Source: Hemiscyllium ocellatum (lineage: Eukaryota). From it: a DNA stretch of 64,000 nucleotides. Location: positions 124,001 to 188,000 of the forward strand of contig NC_083408.1 in assembly GCF_020745735.1 (NCBI RefSeq), given 5' to 3'. Below, in pieces: positions 26,787 through 39,031 of the stretch. Position 1 is the first letter of the stretch; every line of letters starts with the position of its first letter. Under the pieces are notes generated by a model. It worked only from the letters and a program-made list of their open reading frames with translations, made no database searches and was not told the origin of the DNA. Position numbers and translations under genes: made by a program.

Positions 26787-28794
26787 TAAAGCATTTAATA
26801 AATGTGAGTATTTACTGTCCACTTTGGCAGGTTTAATTGATTCTAATTGGAATGTATCTGCCAAACCTCTAGCAAAACCGAATCAACTAACAGCTTCAAA
26901 CTGTGCACACGTCTGACAAACAACATTGCTGCTTCTCATGAACATTTCAAATGCACTGCTCCATTCCAAATAGCGGACCACCCGTTGCCATTCATAGAAA
27001 TTTGTTTCTGATGGATGGAAGTATGTGGTTTCTGTCCTTCTACCATTTTTGTTGAACTCATCTCAAGTTATACTTTGGAATTTGATAGTCAGGTCAAGAC
27101 TGTTGAAGTTAAGCTTTATCAATTTTGACCAGTTTGCCAGCTCTTTATATTCTTGAATATTGGAATGGGACTGGGTTCTATCAGCCCTCTAGGGACAGGC
27201 TGCAAGGTCATTTGGTGGATACTTGGGTGGAAGATGATAAGGGAAGGAAGGAGTTTCAGTGCCTCTCATATTTACACCACCGTAGTATTTTATTGATCCC
27301 AAATTAGGGAAAGGATGGACACTCAGGTGGTCAATGTAGAGTCTATTCCCGCCAATGCTGCAGCTTATTAGCAGTAGGTGGGTCCTCCATTGTGTGGGAG
27401 ACCTCCTCCTGAATCCTGGTGACACGCCTGTCGGATGTCCCTCCTAAAGAAGTACCTCATGGCTCACAACAGGGTATCCCATCTGCATACTGGAACAGTC
27501 TCCTGTTCATGGTGGTGATCATTATGGGAACTGGAAGTGAGTGAAAGAAGCCATGAGGGCAAGAGCGTACACAACATTCCCAGGACCAGATTGGCAGGTC
27601 CTACTGAGGCCATTAATGTCCCCCAATTGGTGCATGGACAATGGGTTACTCCTACTCTGAATAAGAGTATTGCGATTGCTGCTGTTTCAATGCTATCAAG
27701 CAAATAGTGAAGAGTGGCAATCTGCTAAAATTATTTACATTCAGTGCTGAATGCATGAGACGTTTTGTGAAAAATGCTATAATTTCTCTAGATGTTCTTC
27801 ATATACTTTTTATTTCATACAATATTGATTTTCTATCTAGGATTACAGAGGAAATACAGACAATTTGACACAATCAGTTCATGCCAGTGCTTATGCTCCT
27901 CTCAAGCTGTTACACGTCTTTCCTTAGCTAAATCGCTCATTGGACTTCTCTATTCCCATCCCGTCCAAGTGATTGCCTAGTTTCCTTGGAATACATCTGA
28001 ACAGTTGATTTCAACTATTCCGTCTGGCCACATAGAGTCATAGAATAAAAGAGATATACAGCTTGGAAACAGACACTTCGGCCCAACCTGTCCATGCTGA
28101 CCAGATATCCCATATTCCGCGTCCTCATCATTCTTTCAGTGAAGAGGTTTCTTCTGAACTCCCTTTTGGATTTCTTGAGTTGCCGTGTTATAATGACAGC
28201 CTCTAGTTATGTTCTACCCCATAGTGAAATGTTTTCTCTATATCTTCTCTTTTTAAAACTTTTCATAATTTTAGAACTGTTAGCCTTCTTTTCAAGAAAG
28301 ATGTGAATAGCATGACAATTCTTCCCTGATATACACAGCCGGAAACGTGTGTATCTTCTTATAAATATTCTCTTCACTGTCTCTCGTACATTCTATAATA
28401 TGTCAACTGGAACTGCAGGCAATACTCTTAATTATAGTCAACAAAATTTTTATGGGGACTCTACTTACAAATCGATCCCTTTAGAGATAAAGCTTAGAGA
28501 TTTGTTTGCAGTTTTATGGCCTTTGGAACCTGTGGTGAAACTGTTAATGACTGATGTCATTGTCTGAGATTCCTTTGTTTGTCTCCCTCACTTAGATGTG
28601 CATCTTTGAAAAGTGACCTGCACATTATTCCTACCAAGATTTAACACATTACCTGTAAATCTTCATTTGGTATTTATGAAATTTAAAATGCATCCATCCT
28701 CCATTTCAAACTAACTGACGGTAAGAAAAACAATATTTATATAAAATGCAACATGATTTATGGAGCCATCCCTCTAGGCTTATACATGTTCACA

Positions 28795-29800
28795 GCCATG
28801 TAGAGTCATATAGGGAGATGCTGAATAGGCTGGGGCTGATTTCCCCGGAGCGTTGGAGGCTGAGGGGTGACTTTATAAAGGTTTACAAAATAATGAGAGA
28901 CATGGATACGGTGATTAGACAAGTTTTTTTTTCACTGGGGTGGGTAGAGTCTCACTCTAAACCTATACTCATGAGTGTAGATTTACAGTGAGAGAGGAAA
29001 AAATTGAAAGTACTTAAGTAGTAACTTTTTCATGCAGAGTATGGTGTGTGTATGGAATTAACTGCCAGAGGAAGTGGTGGAGGCTGGTGCAATTTCAAGA
29101 TTTAAAAGACATCTGAATGTCCATATGTATAGAAAGGGTTTCGAGGGATATGGGCCAAGTACTGGCAAATGGAACTAGATTAGTTTAGGATATCTGGCCA
29201 GCATGGGCGAGTGAGACCAAAAGGTATGTTTCCATGTTGTACATCTCTATGACTCTATGACTCTAATCCTTTGTTCTTCATATACTAGTAGAATTTCTTT
29301 AGATTATCTTTAACATTATTTACCAATGCTATCTCATTTTCATATCTTGCCCTCTTCATTTCCCCCTTTAGAATGTCCTTGCACCTCTTGAACTCTTCGA
29401 GATTCAGTTGATCTCATTTATTTATGTCTAATATACGACTTCTTCTTATTCTTAACCAAAGGCTCAATATCTTTATTCTTCCAGTGTTCCCTCCTCTTAC
29501 CAGCCTTACCTTCACTCTAACAGGAACATCATGCCTCTGAACTCTCTTTATCTCACTTCTGAAAGCCTCCCAATTGCTGGCTGTCCATTTAGCTGCAAAC
29601 AGTCCACTCCAATCAATCCTTGAAAGTTTTTGTCTCATACTATCAAAATTTGCCCTATTAAGATATTTAACTTACATATAATGTCAATCCTTCCCATAGA
29701 TATTTTACAACTAATCGAATTATGATTCCTGGCCCCAAACTGCTCCCCTACTAATCATTCAGTCACTTGCCCTGCCTTATATCACAAGAGTAGGTCAGGT
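28795..29800. mobile_element. Two adjacent CR1 fragments (+ 28795-29265; - 29275-29800)
   Basis: RLRGDFIKVYKIMR with a ctctatgactctatga tail, followed by minus-strand SRIDWSGLFA...NWEAFRSEI. Confidence 0.7.
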
Positions 29801-31420
29801 TTGCTCCTTCTGTGGTAGTTATTTCAACACTTAACAAATTCCTCACCATCCAAGCTCTTAAGACCATGGCTGTCCCACTTTATATTTCGAAGGTTAAAAT
29901 TTGCTATTATTACAATCCTCACAGGAGCAGATGATCCTCCGTGTATATGTGCACAAATGAAGGAATGTACCATGACATGTGGACAGAAGAGCAATTAAAC
30001 CCTACTTCATTAATAACGCTGTAGAGAACAAACACAAAGCAATTATGTCAAACTGAAATATTAATACCTGGAATATTGCATTCCATTTCAGGTGCTACAT
30101 TTTGGAAAAAATGCAAAGTTATGAGACAGGCTGCGTGACTGTTTCACAACACTATCCCCTGAATGATACTCCTCACCGACTCTGAGAAATTTACAATGTT
30201 AACCTCTGCTGATAGTTTCCAGACTCTGTGAACAGTTGCTATGATTGGCTTCCAATTCCATCTTGCGTAATATAGATCCCAATGGCTGTATATTTCAAGT
30301 ACTTATGAGCTATGCCTTGCCTGATCAACATCGACCTCCGATTAATTATTTTTGAGGGTTGCTGTTCAGTAATATCCCTGCATCAGATAGATCTCTGTCT
30401 CATTTCCTTGGATTTGATAGGTGTTGCGTGTCAAATAAATTCCAGGAACTGCGCTCCATGAGATATATGTCTGAGAAAAACTCCAGTTCTGAGAATCCAC
30501 ACTTGGATTTTGCACGTGTTATGTCTGAATACCTGACTGAATTTTGACATTTTTGTCTGATAATGTTTCGTTGGGTGCTTTAGGTGTCGATTCATGTATT
30601 ACTAACCCAGGCTGTCCCAACATTGGGAGTACTTTTAGTTTAGACAGTGCCGAGTAAACTTTCAATCTTCATTGCCTGCCTTTTATCGGCTTCTGGTGGA
30701 GCAAACCTCCCAATTTGTATTAGCACGTGACCTGAGACCGTTACCCTTTGTGCCTACGAGGAAATATTTTCTAATCATTCTGCCCCAGAGTGGTTCATGA
30801 AGCATATCATGTGAAAGATGCATTTACATTAGTGGGCTGCATGGTAACGCAGCATTAAACTAAATGACTGATTGAAAGACAACCACACAGAACAAATGAA
30901 AGTATTTGGCTGGGAAAGGAGTGGGACATGGGAAAGTGTATTGAAGAAAGAATTAAGCAAACTCAAGGTTAGTGCATATTCATTAGAGATTTATTAACCA
31001 TTTCAGAAAGCATTTTTATCCAAAAAGATGATGTAAAAGTTAACAGAAGTGAATATAATGGCTGGATGCCACATTGAGTTGAGAACACATGCTCTCTGAG
31101 CTGTGAATTTTCCGTACATCTCGAGCAGTCTCCAGAAAGGGAATGCAAAGGCTCACCATAAATGGTAGGCAACTATTCCGAATAAGTAACAAATAAAAAT
31201 AAAACAAATGGGCTTCAAACAACTTGGAAGGGACAAATTCTTCCAACCACAATCATCTCAAAGATATAGAAGTAAAAATGAACATACATTAATAATTTTC
31301 TCAGTTACACGCTGATAAACTGAAATGATCTCACTGAGTCAATTACAGGACAGACTGTAGATTGGGAATTCAGAGACATTGTTAAGCAGATCAGAAAAAT
31401 CTACGGGGTCCACAACTCAT

Positions 31421-31429
31421 TCACTTAAC
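31421..31429 (-). pseudogene. IGHM: IgM TM2 exon, coding part (V-K-stop)
   Basis: Minus strand reads tgttttatctctcttttccag|GTT AAG TGA, about 140 bp beyond TM1. Confidence 0.8.
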
Positions 31430-31567
31430 CTGGAAAAGAGAGATAAAACAATACGCAGGTATTTATAATCAGGGACTTTCAGATTGAATTTTTATTCAAT
31501 GGCACACTTAGAGATTTCACAAAACATGTTAGGCTGCTTGGCGTGTGAAAGATGTGATTATTCTCAA

Positions 31568-31695
31568 TTTCATCAGAGTGACGGCAGCTTTGTAGAAAAT
31601 ACTCAGGAAAAACAAGGTGATGAACGTGGAAGCAGTTGTCCAGATGTTGCTGTTATCATCCTCATAGTCTTCAATCCAAGTGCGATCTAATGAAT
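31568..31695 (-). pseudogene. IGHM: IgM TM1 exon (splice donor destroyed)
   Basis: gatag|(D)SLDRTWIEDYEDDNSNIWTTASTFITLFFLSIFYKAAVTLMK with the CART-type TM motif; the expected AAG|GTGAGA donor reads AAA|TTGAGA. Confidence 0.9.
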
Positions 31696-31803
31696 CTATC
31701 AATATAAAGGCGAGACAACGCAATTAGATTTTTTATTGATCCAGATCGATCTATCTGCATCCAAGTTATGTAATTAGAGACCGTTACGTCTTCATAAAGC
31801 AGT

Positions 31804-31978
31804 ATAAAGTGAGGTCTGCAGATGCTGGAGATCAGAGCTGAAAATGTGTTGCTGGTTGAAGCACAGCAGGTCAGGCAGCATCCAAGGAACTCTGAAGGGC
31901 TCTGGCCCGAAACGGCGAATTTCCTGTTCCTTGGATGCTGCCTGACCTGCTGTGCTTTAACCAGCAACACATTTTCAG
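31804..31978. mobile_element. Hairpin of two inverted family-1 Penelope termini with 17-bp TSD
   Basis: TSD cgtcttcataaagcagt at 31787-31803 and 31979-31995; arms gctgaaaatgtgttgctgg... and ...ccagcaacacattttcagc. Confidence 0.85.
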
Positions 31979-32216
31979 CGTCTTCATAAAGCAGTCAGGT
32001 ATTTCTCAAATGTGACTCTCTTATCTGTACCTATTGTGCATTATTGACTCTCAGCAAGAACTTACCGATACGAACTGCACATGTTATTTCTTCGTTGTCC
32101 ATGTCAGAATATTTTAAATTAGTTTTTGTTTTCTTTTATTATTGAAGGATATTATTATTTGAGATATGATTATTTCGAATGATTATTTTAATTATATAAT
32201 TATATCTTAAAAACAG

Positions 32217-33579
32217 TAAAAAATCTTCGAGGCGCTGCCTCGTGCTCCCACGAGGAGGTTGAACAGTTCATCAACTTTACTAACACCTTCCATCCCGACC
32301 TGAAATTCACCTGGACTGTCTCAGACTCCTCCCTCCCCTTCCTAGACCTTTCCATTTCTATCTCGGGCGACCGACTCAACACAGACATCTATTATAAACC
32401 GACTGACTCCCACAGCTACCTGGACTACACCACCTCCCACCCTACCCCCTGTAAAAACGCCATCCCATATTCCCAATTCCTTCGTCTCCGCCGCATCTGC
32501 TCCCAGGAGGACCAATTCCAACACCGCACAACCCAGATGGCCTCCTTCTTCAAGGACCGCAGATTCCCCCCAGACGTGATCGACGATGCCCTCCACCGCA
32601 TCTCCTCCACTTCCCGCTCCTCCGCCCTTGAGCCCCGCTCCTCCAACCGCCACCAAGACAGAACCCCACTGGTTCTCACCTACCACCCCACCAACCTGCG
32701 CATACAACGTATTATCCGCCGCCATTTCCGCCACCTCCAAACGGACCCCACCACCAAGGATATATTTCCCTCCCCTCCCCTATCAGCGTTCCGCAAGGAC
32801 CACTCCCTTCGTGACTCCCTTGTCAGATCCACACCCCCCACCAACACAACCTCCACCCCCGGCACCTTCCCCTGCAACCGCAGGAAATGTAAAACTTGCG
32901 CCCACACCTCCACACTCACTTCCCTCCAAGGCCCCAAGGGATCCTTCCATATCCGCCACAAGTTCACCTGTACTCCACACACATCATCTATTGCATCCGC
33001 TGCACCCGATGTGGCCTCCTCTATATTGGTGAGACAGGCCGCTTACTTGCGGAACGCTTCAGAGAACACCTCTGGGCCGCCCGAACCAACCAACCCAATC
33101 ACCCCGTGGCTCAACACTTTAACTCCCCCTCCCACTCCACCGAGGACATGCAGGTCCTTGGACTCCTCCACCGGCAGAACACAACTACACGACGGCTGGA
33201 GGAGGAGCGCCTCATCTTCCGCCTGGGAACCCTCCAACCACAAGGTATGAATTCAGATTTCTCCAGCTTCCTCATTTCCCCTCCCCCCACCTTGTCTCAG
33301 TCGGTTCCCTCAACTCAGCACCGCCCTCCTAACCTGCAATCCTCTTCCTGACCTCTCCGCCCCCACCCCACTCCGGCCTATCACCCTCACCTTGACCTCC
33401 TTCCACCTATCCCACCTCCATCGCCCCTCCCCCTAGTCCCTCCTCCCTACCTTTTATCTCAGCCTGCTTGGCTCTCTCTCTCTTATTCCTGATGAAGGGC
33501 TTATGCTCGAAACGTCGAATTCTCTATTCCTGAGATGCTGCCTAACCTGCTGTGCTTTGACCAGCAACACATTTGCAGC
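32217..33579 (+). mobile_element. Family-1 Penelope-like element, 5'-truncated, 14-bp TSD
   Basis: ORFs 32537..33250 and 32896..33351 (YCIRCTRCGLLYIGETGRLLAERFREH); TSD tatcttaaaaacag at 32203-32216 and 33580-33593. Confidence 0.92.
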
Positions 33580-33779
33580 TATCTTAAAAACAGGCTGTGG
33601 TAGCAGTTTAGTTGAATATTGTTGCCATCACTGAATAAAAGTTCAAATGTAATTCTCACCTTTATGCATTGGTGAATAATTCCTTGGAAAATGGTGAATA
33701 TACGTTATATCACAGTCAGAACATTGCTTCATATTTTTGTTTGTAGGATCTGTATATTTAGGAATACGTTCTTGTGAAT

Positions 33780-34830
33780 GTGTCCCTTAATTTATTTGAT
33801 CTACTGCTTGGTGTGTTTGATTTTCCTTTAATGTTTGTGTATGTGGTAATGAGTGTCTCTTACTTCATTCTTGCCCATGTTGGAGTCTGCGCATGAATAA
33901 ACATATTCCCGTTCCTTTAACACTGGTGTGCTCATGGGTTTGTGTACGTACATTTTGGTCTTTTCACATTGTGTAAGCATCATCATGCTAATATGCCACT
34001 TCGTTGCTGCCTATGCTTATCTTGTAATGTCTTTGTGAGGGTTCACTTTACGTTAGTGCTATCTGAAATGTGTGTATATGTGTTTATTCCAGATCCTACC
34101 TACACTAGGTTATTTGCATGCTTATGCTTTGATGGATGTTCATATTTGTGTGGTGATGTCTGCGTCTGTGGCAATCTATCCAAAACTATAAGCTTGTTTG
34201 TGTTATTGTGTGTGGATACTTGCTGATGCTCATGCACATCATCCTTGTTTAATGAATGCCCCATTACTTGTTGATTTATGCACTTGCATGTCTGCACGTG
34301 AGACTTTGAATTTGTGCGTATGTGTGACCGTGTATACATGCTGCTCAATGTAGTTTAAAAAATAAATAATTAAGCTGCCTCTGTCACCGTATGTTTGTGA
34401 TTATGAAAATGGGAAAAATAATGATATTAATGTTTATCTCTCTGCACTTACATGCCTGTGTGAGTCGACATGTGGGAGGACATTTTTCGGATTTTGTATT
34501 TGTGTGTTCATGCGTGTTTGTCTGTATGCATTGTGCTGTATCAAAGCATATGCATTCATGTCCATTTGTGTGTTGCCGTGTCTATGTGTGAGGACCCCTG
34601 TTCATTTGTGCAAATGCTTTTCTTTTGGTGTATGTGAGTTTTTGAAAGAGCTTAGGTGAGTGTTCAAGTACCATTTGCATGTGTGGCTCTGTGCGAGTAT
34701 GCGTGCATAACGTCGTATCTATCTGCACATTTCAGTGTGCACATAAATATGTCTTTAGGTGACAGCCTGTATATGTGTCTTTACGTGTGTATTTGTGATC
34801 ATCTCTCTGTATCTGTGTGTGTTTCTGCTC
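33780..34830. repeat. Degenerate TG-rich low-complexity tract in the CH4-TM1 intron
   Basis: Dense tgtgt/tgtat motifs with no fixed period. Confidence 0.7.
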
Positions 34831-35321
34831 GTTTACTAGACTGCAATTTTTATTACTCTACTTTCATTGTACTAATTTTAATGGATTGCCCACACTTATA
34901 TCTGACCTTGGTGTTGTCGGAATCATTTCCCATCGTCGTGGAGAGATAAGCGTTTTATGAGCAACTCTTCTGTTGCAGTGATAGAATTTTGTCTCTGAGA
35001 CAAAAGACCCGTGCAAATTCCCACTGTACCAGAAATATTTTTTGAATATGTTTATCAGGAAATATCTAATTGTGGTCTGTGTGTGAAACAAAATGATATC
35101 AGGATCTCGAATATCAGAATTGATCCCATGTGCTCCAGAAAACTGAGACAAAATGAAGGAATTCAAACCGGGCCGATGTAAACACCAGTTTTGGAGTATG
35201 GGAGTCAATGTTAGTCATTTGTTAACAGGGCCAAACTTGTCCAACATGCTTCAAAGGTCTTATTTTGCATGGAAATTTTAAAACTTCAGAACGTAAGCAA
35301 GAAGCTGACTGTTCCTTGTGA

Positions 35322-35575
35322 TTTAGATTAGATTTAGATTACTTACAGTGTGGAAACAGGCCCTTCGGCCCAACAAGTCCACACCGACCCGCCGAAGCGT
35401 AACCCACCCATACCCCTACATTTACCCCCTACCTAACACTATGGACAATTTAGCATGGCCAATTTACCTGATCCGCACATCTTTGGAATGCGGGAGGAAA
35501 CCGGAGCACCCAGAGGAAACCCACGCAGACACGGGGAGAACGTGCAAACTCCACACAGTCGCCTGAGGCGGGAAT
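35322..35575 (-). mobile_element. HE1/V-SINE-like, head truncated
   Basis: (ttaga)n tail and the V-domain core. Confidence 0.88.
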
Positions 35576-36231
35576 AGACGGGAATGTAGCAACTGCATTA
35601 CATTACAGAGGTCATCTACCATGAAAACTCTGACAGAGAATAAGAGGACAGACCTTTCTTCGTTCCCCTCCCCTTTTCCCTCTGCTCCATAACAAATTGT
35701 CTGTCAATTTTCTTTGGTGTGGAAGTTTAGATACATTCTGTCATCTGATCTGCTGGTGCAAGATCCCTGGCAGTTTCCCAGAAACAAAGGTTAAATTCAA
35801 ACTGCTCTGCACTCTGTACGATTGCTGTGTTCCAAGCAAAACTAATTTCAAAAGTCTCTTAAATTTACATTTCCAATTGGTGCAATGTGGCAGTTTAAAA
35901 CTGACATGAATTTTGAAAGAATGTCCAATTCGGGGAATCCGGAAGACCAAGTTCAAGACTCGTGCTTCTACTCTTGACATAAAATGGACATTGTCAAATT
36001 TTGTGACAGAGGGATTTAGGATTGATAAGGTACTTGGCGGAATCCTGCAATGAGTGAGCTTTACTCTGTCCCTGACCCAGGGTGTATCTGAGCAGGGATC
36101 ATTAACTGCACAAGACACATGTCATAGACCTGTTAATAATCCACTTTAATTTATATTCCTTCTGTGCAGTTAGAGTCGGAAACAATTAATTCAATAGTTG
36201 TGTATTTATCACACAAATGGAGGAAAAATAC

Positions 36232-36237
36232 TTTATT
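36232..36237 (-). terminator. Candidate polyadenylation signal of the secretory mRNA
   Basis: AATAAA on the minus strand about 36 nt after the natural secretory stop. Confidence 0.6.
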
Positions 36238-36273
36238 ACTTTTGTTAAATTATTAAATACAACGTTGAGATTT

Positions 36274-36665
36274 TTATTGACATCAATTAGCAGTGTCCAT
36301 CAGTGCAAGTGAAATGTTTACGAAACGCGGTTGACCGCTGGATTTATCGACTGTTCTGTTGATGATCTTCAGTTGAATCGCTTCATGTCCCACCACACAG
36401 GAATAAGAAACATAGCTGGCCCATTGCTCTGCTATAATGGATAACAGGCTGTACATGAAGAAGTAGGTGTTGTCGCTCTCCGGCATCACCTTGATGTTCT
36501 TGGAGTTACTGGGATTCACAGGCTTGTCATTGTTTGTCCACGTGACGAAGATCTGTCGGAGAGAGAAACCTCTTACAAATCAGGCAAGGTAGAGAAACCT
36601 CTGAGTGCAGATTTCTTCTGTTGGTGGCAGGAGAACCGACACTGATGGTTCCAGCGGATTAATCA
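36274..36665 (-). pseudogene. IGHM: IgM CH4 plus secretory tailpiece exon
   Basis: ctgcag|(V)INPLEPSVSVLLPPTEEICTQRFLYLA*FVRGF...[42 protein letters not shown]. Stops at 36580-36582 (first Cys position) and 36283-36285; internal TM donor site at 36334-36335. Confidence 0.95.
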
Positions 36666-37120
36666 CTGCAGAATATTTGAGACAAATATAAATCAACTAT
36701 AAAACTCCAGAATCAATATCACAATATCACTAACTTTTAAAATATGCAATTTTTAATGTAGGATTTATTCACTGTCGTTTACTAAGGGAACAGAACGGTA
36801 GGCATTCTGTTCAGTAAAAGAAGTAACAAGTTTAATTTGAAAGTCGCCTCCAGTTTCCAACCCACAACGATGACATTCTGTCCAATCGTCATTGTTGACG
36901 GTTACATCACAACCCTGGCTTCTTCCCAACTTATCTGATTAATCAGAATAGAATATCCTTTGGTCCGTCTTCATTTTAATCAGCTTCTTAGCTCTCCTGC
37001 CATCAGATGCATCATTAATGCTCGCAAAAGTGTTTGTTTTTTTCCAATTAAAGCCTGCCATAGATGTAACTGAATCTAAATTACACTTAAGATCCATTGT
37101 GTTTTAATCTCACCGGTCAC

Positions 37121-37429
37121 CTTTCTCCTTCTGGATTGAGTCTCTCCGCGGAGTCGGCAGATTCTGACGGTACACAACACATTCAAAAGTAATGCCACTC
37201 AGCCAGGCTTCAGTAGAAATGTTTAATTTACTGATCACACTGTGAGTATTCTGCCCAGGTTGGTCAACAATCTCTGATTTCAGAGGCTTCTTTTCTTGTT
37301 TCCAGGTGACGTTGACTCCAGAAGGTAGTTTGGACACAATGCAGGTTAACGTCACTGTCGCCTCCAGTAAGACCTGTTCTACAGGCGGCGGGAGGATTTT
37401 AACTGTGTAATCGTGGCACTCAGTATCTC
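37121..37429 (-). pseudogene. IGHM: IgM CH3 exon (open frame, 309 nt)
   Basis: catag|(G)[32 protein letters not shown]...TWKQE...[15 protein letters not shown]...RDSIQKEK; both Cys and the Trp are retained. The donor was chosen by phase (AAAG|gtgacc). Confidence 0.95.
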
Positions 37430-38895
37430 CTATGAAACAGAAATCAAAATCAGAGTAAAATGCCTCTTTAGGATGAAAACACCCATTCTTCAGGTTATTT
37501 CCTAACAAGGTGAAGTGGCCACCTTCAAAATGGCAACTTCCAACTCTTGCTGAACTAAAGTTCACTATTGTTTATATATTTTAATCTGTGGAATCATCGA
37601 AGACACCATTACGTAACCCATGGAGTTATCTTTCTTTCTTGAGCTCGTCTCTCACTTAAAAGTATCTATTGATACTTGTGGCGAGAGTAATCTGTATATA
37701 ATGAATTCATTTCTATGGTAATGGACGCTACATACAAATGCTGCTGGTCACATTGAGTGCCAAATGACATCTCGAATTTAGGACAAATTATAATAAATCA
37801 TAGTTATTCTCTTTGTCCTCATGCATTTGCAGAGGTTCTAAAATGTTGCAGGAGTGGTGAACAGCCATGGAAATTCTGTTCATTATATTTAACGTGATCG
37901 AAAACACTTTGCATTATTAGTGTCAGATCGTTCTCTAATTTATTTCGTTAATCCTCGTGAGCTGCATTTGGAGTAGATCTGAAAAAAAGACACTGAGTAC
38001 AGCATTGGATATTGTATAGGAAACCCAACCCCTTAAGTTTTTCCCTCCACTCAGTTAGTTCATGACTAGTCTGTGCTTTCACTTTGTTTACCAAGCTGCA
38101 TTTCTGAATTTCTTCATCGAACAGAAAGAAAAGCAAGCAGGAGCGTCTTAAATTAATCGACAAACACGATGAAAATTTGCACTTATTTTATTCAGACATC
38201 CACTACTCACTGTGTAAATTTCTCCATCCTCAAACAAGGCTGAATCATTCATCCCTATTGTAGCATTCCCACCAGAATGTATTCTCCTGCCACATCCACT
38301 AATTACAGAGAGTGTCTTAAAGAGGCTCAATAAGATCACGTTTATCCCAGTTAATCAAATATGATCTCCATTTGTTCTGTGGTCTGATTCCATGAATGAA
38401 GCTAAAGAACTCATTACCAGATACAAATCTATGTCGTACAATGGCCAAGGCCAACAGGTCATTCCTGAGCAAGGAATGAAGTATCGAATGAATTTTCAAT
38501 TCAGGGTCACTGCATATTTGTACCATGCCATTTTGGGATCACAAGATCCTAAGACAGAAGAGCAGAATGACGTTATTCGGCAATCAAGTCTGCTCCACAA
38601 CTCGATCACGACTGGTTTGTTTCTCAATCCCATTCTCCTGCCTTCTCCCTATACAAATAAAAGCAGATCTATCTCTGTCTTGAATACACACAATGGCCTG
38701 GCCTCAATAGCCGTCTGCAGCAATCAGTTCCACAGATTTTGGCTGAAGACATTCCTCCCCATTTCAGTTCGAAGTGCTGCTCCCTTTGACCCTGAGACTG
38801 TGCCCTTGGGTTGTAATCTCGCCTACCAGTCAAAACATCTACTCTACAAAGTTTGTGCGAAGATCTGTAGCTCGGGTGCTTGTTGTAGTGGTTCT

Positions 38896-39031
38896 GTTCG
38901 CCGAGCTGGAAGTTTTTGTTGCAAACGTTTCGTCCCCTGGCTAGGAGACATCATCAGTGCTGTGGAGCCTCCTGCGAAGCGCTTCTTTGATGTTTCTTCC
39001 GGCATTTATAGTTGTCTGTCCTTGCCGCTTC
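38896..39031. mobile_element. Probable Penelope-like terminal repeat (third family) fused to the CR1 5' end
   Basis: gttcgccgagctggaagtttttgttgcaaacgtttcg motif with the AAACGTTTCG-type core typical of these termini; recognised from memory only. Confidence 0.45.
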
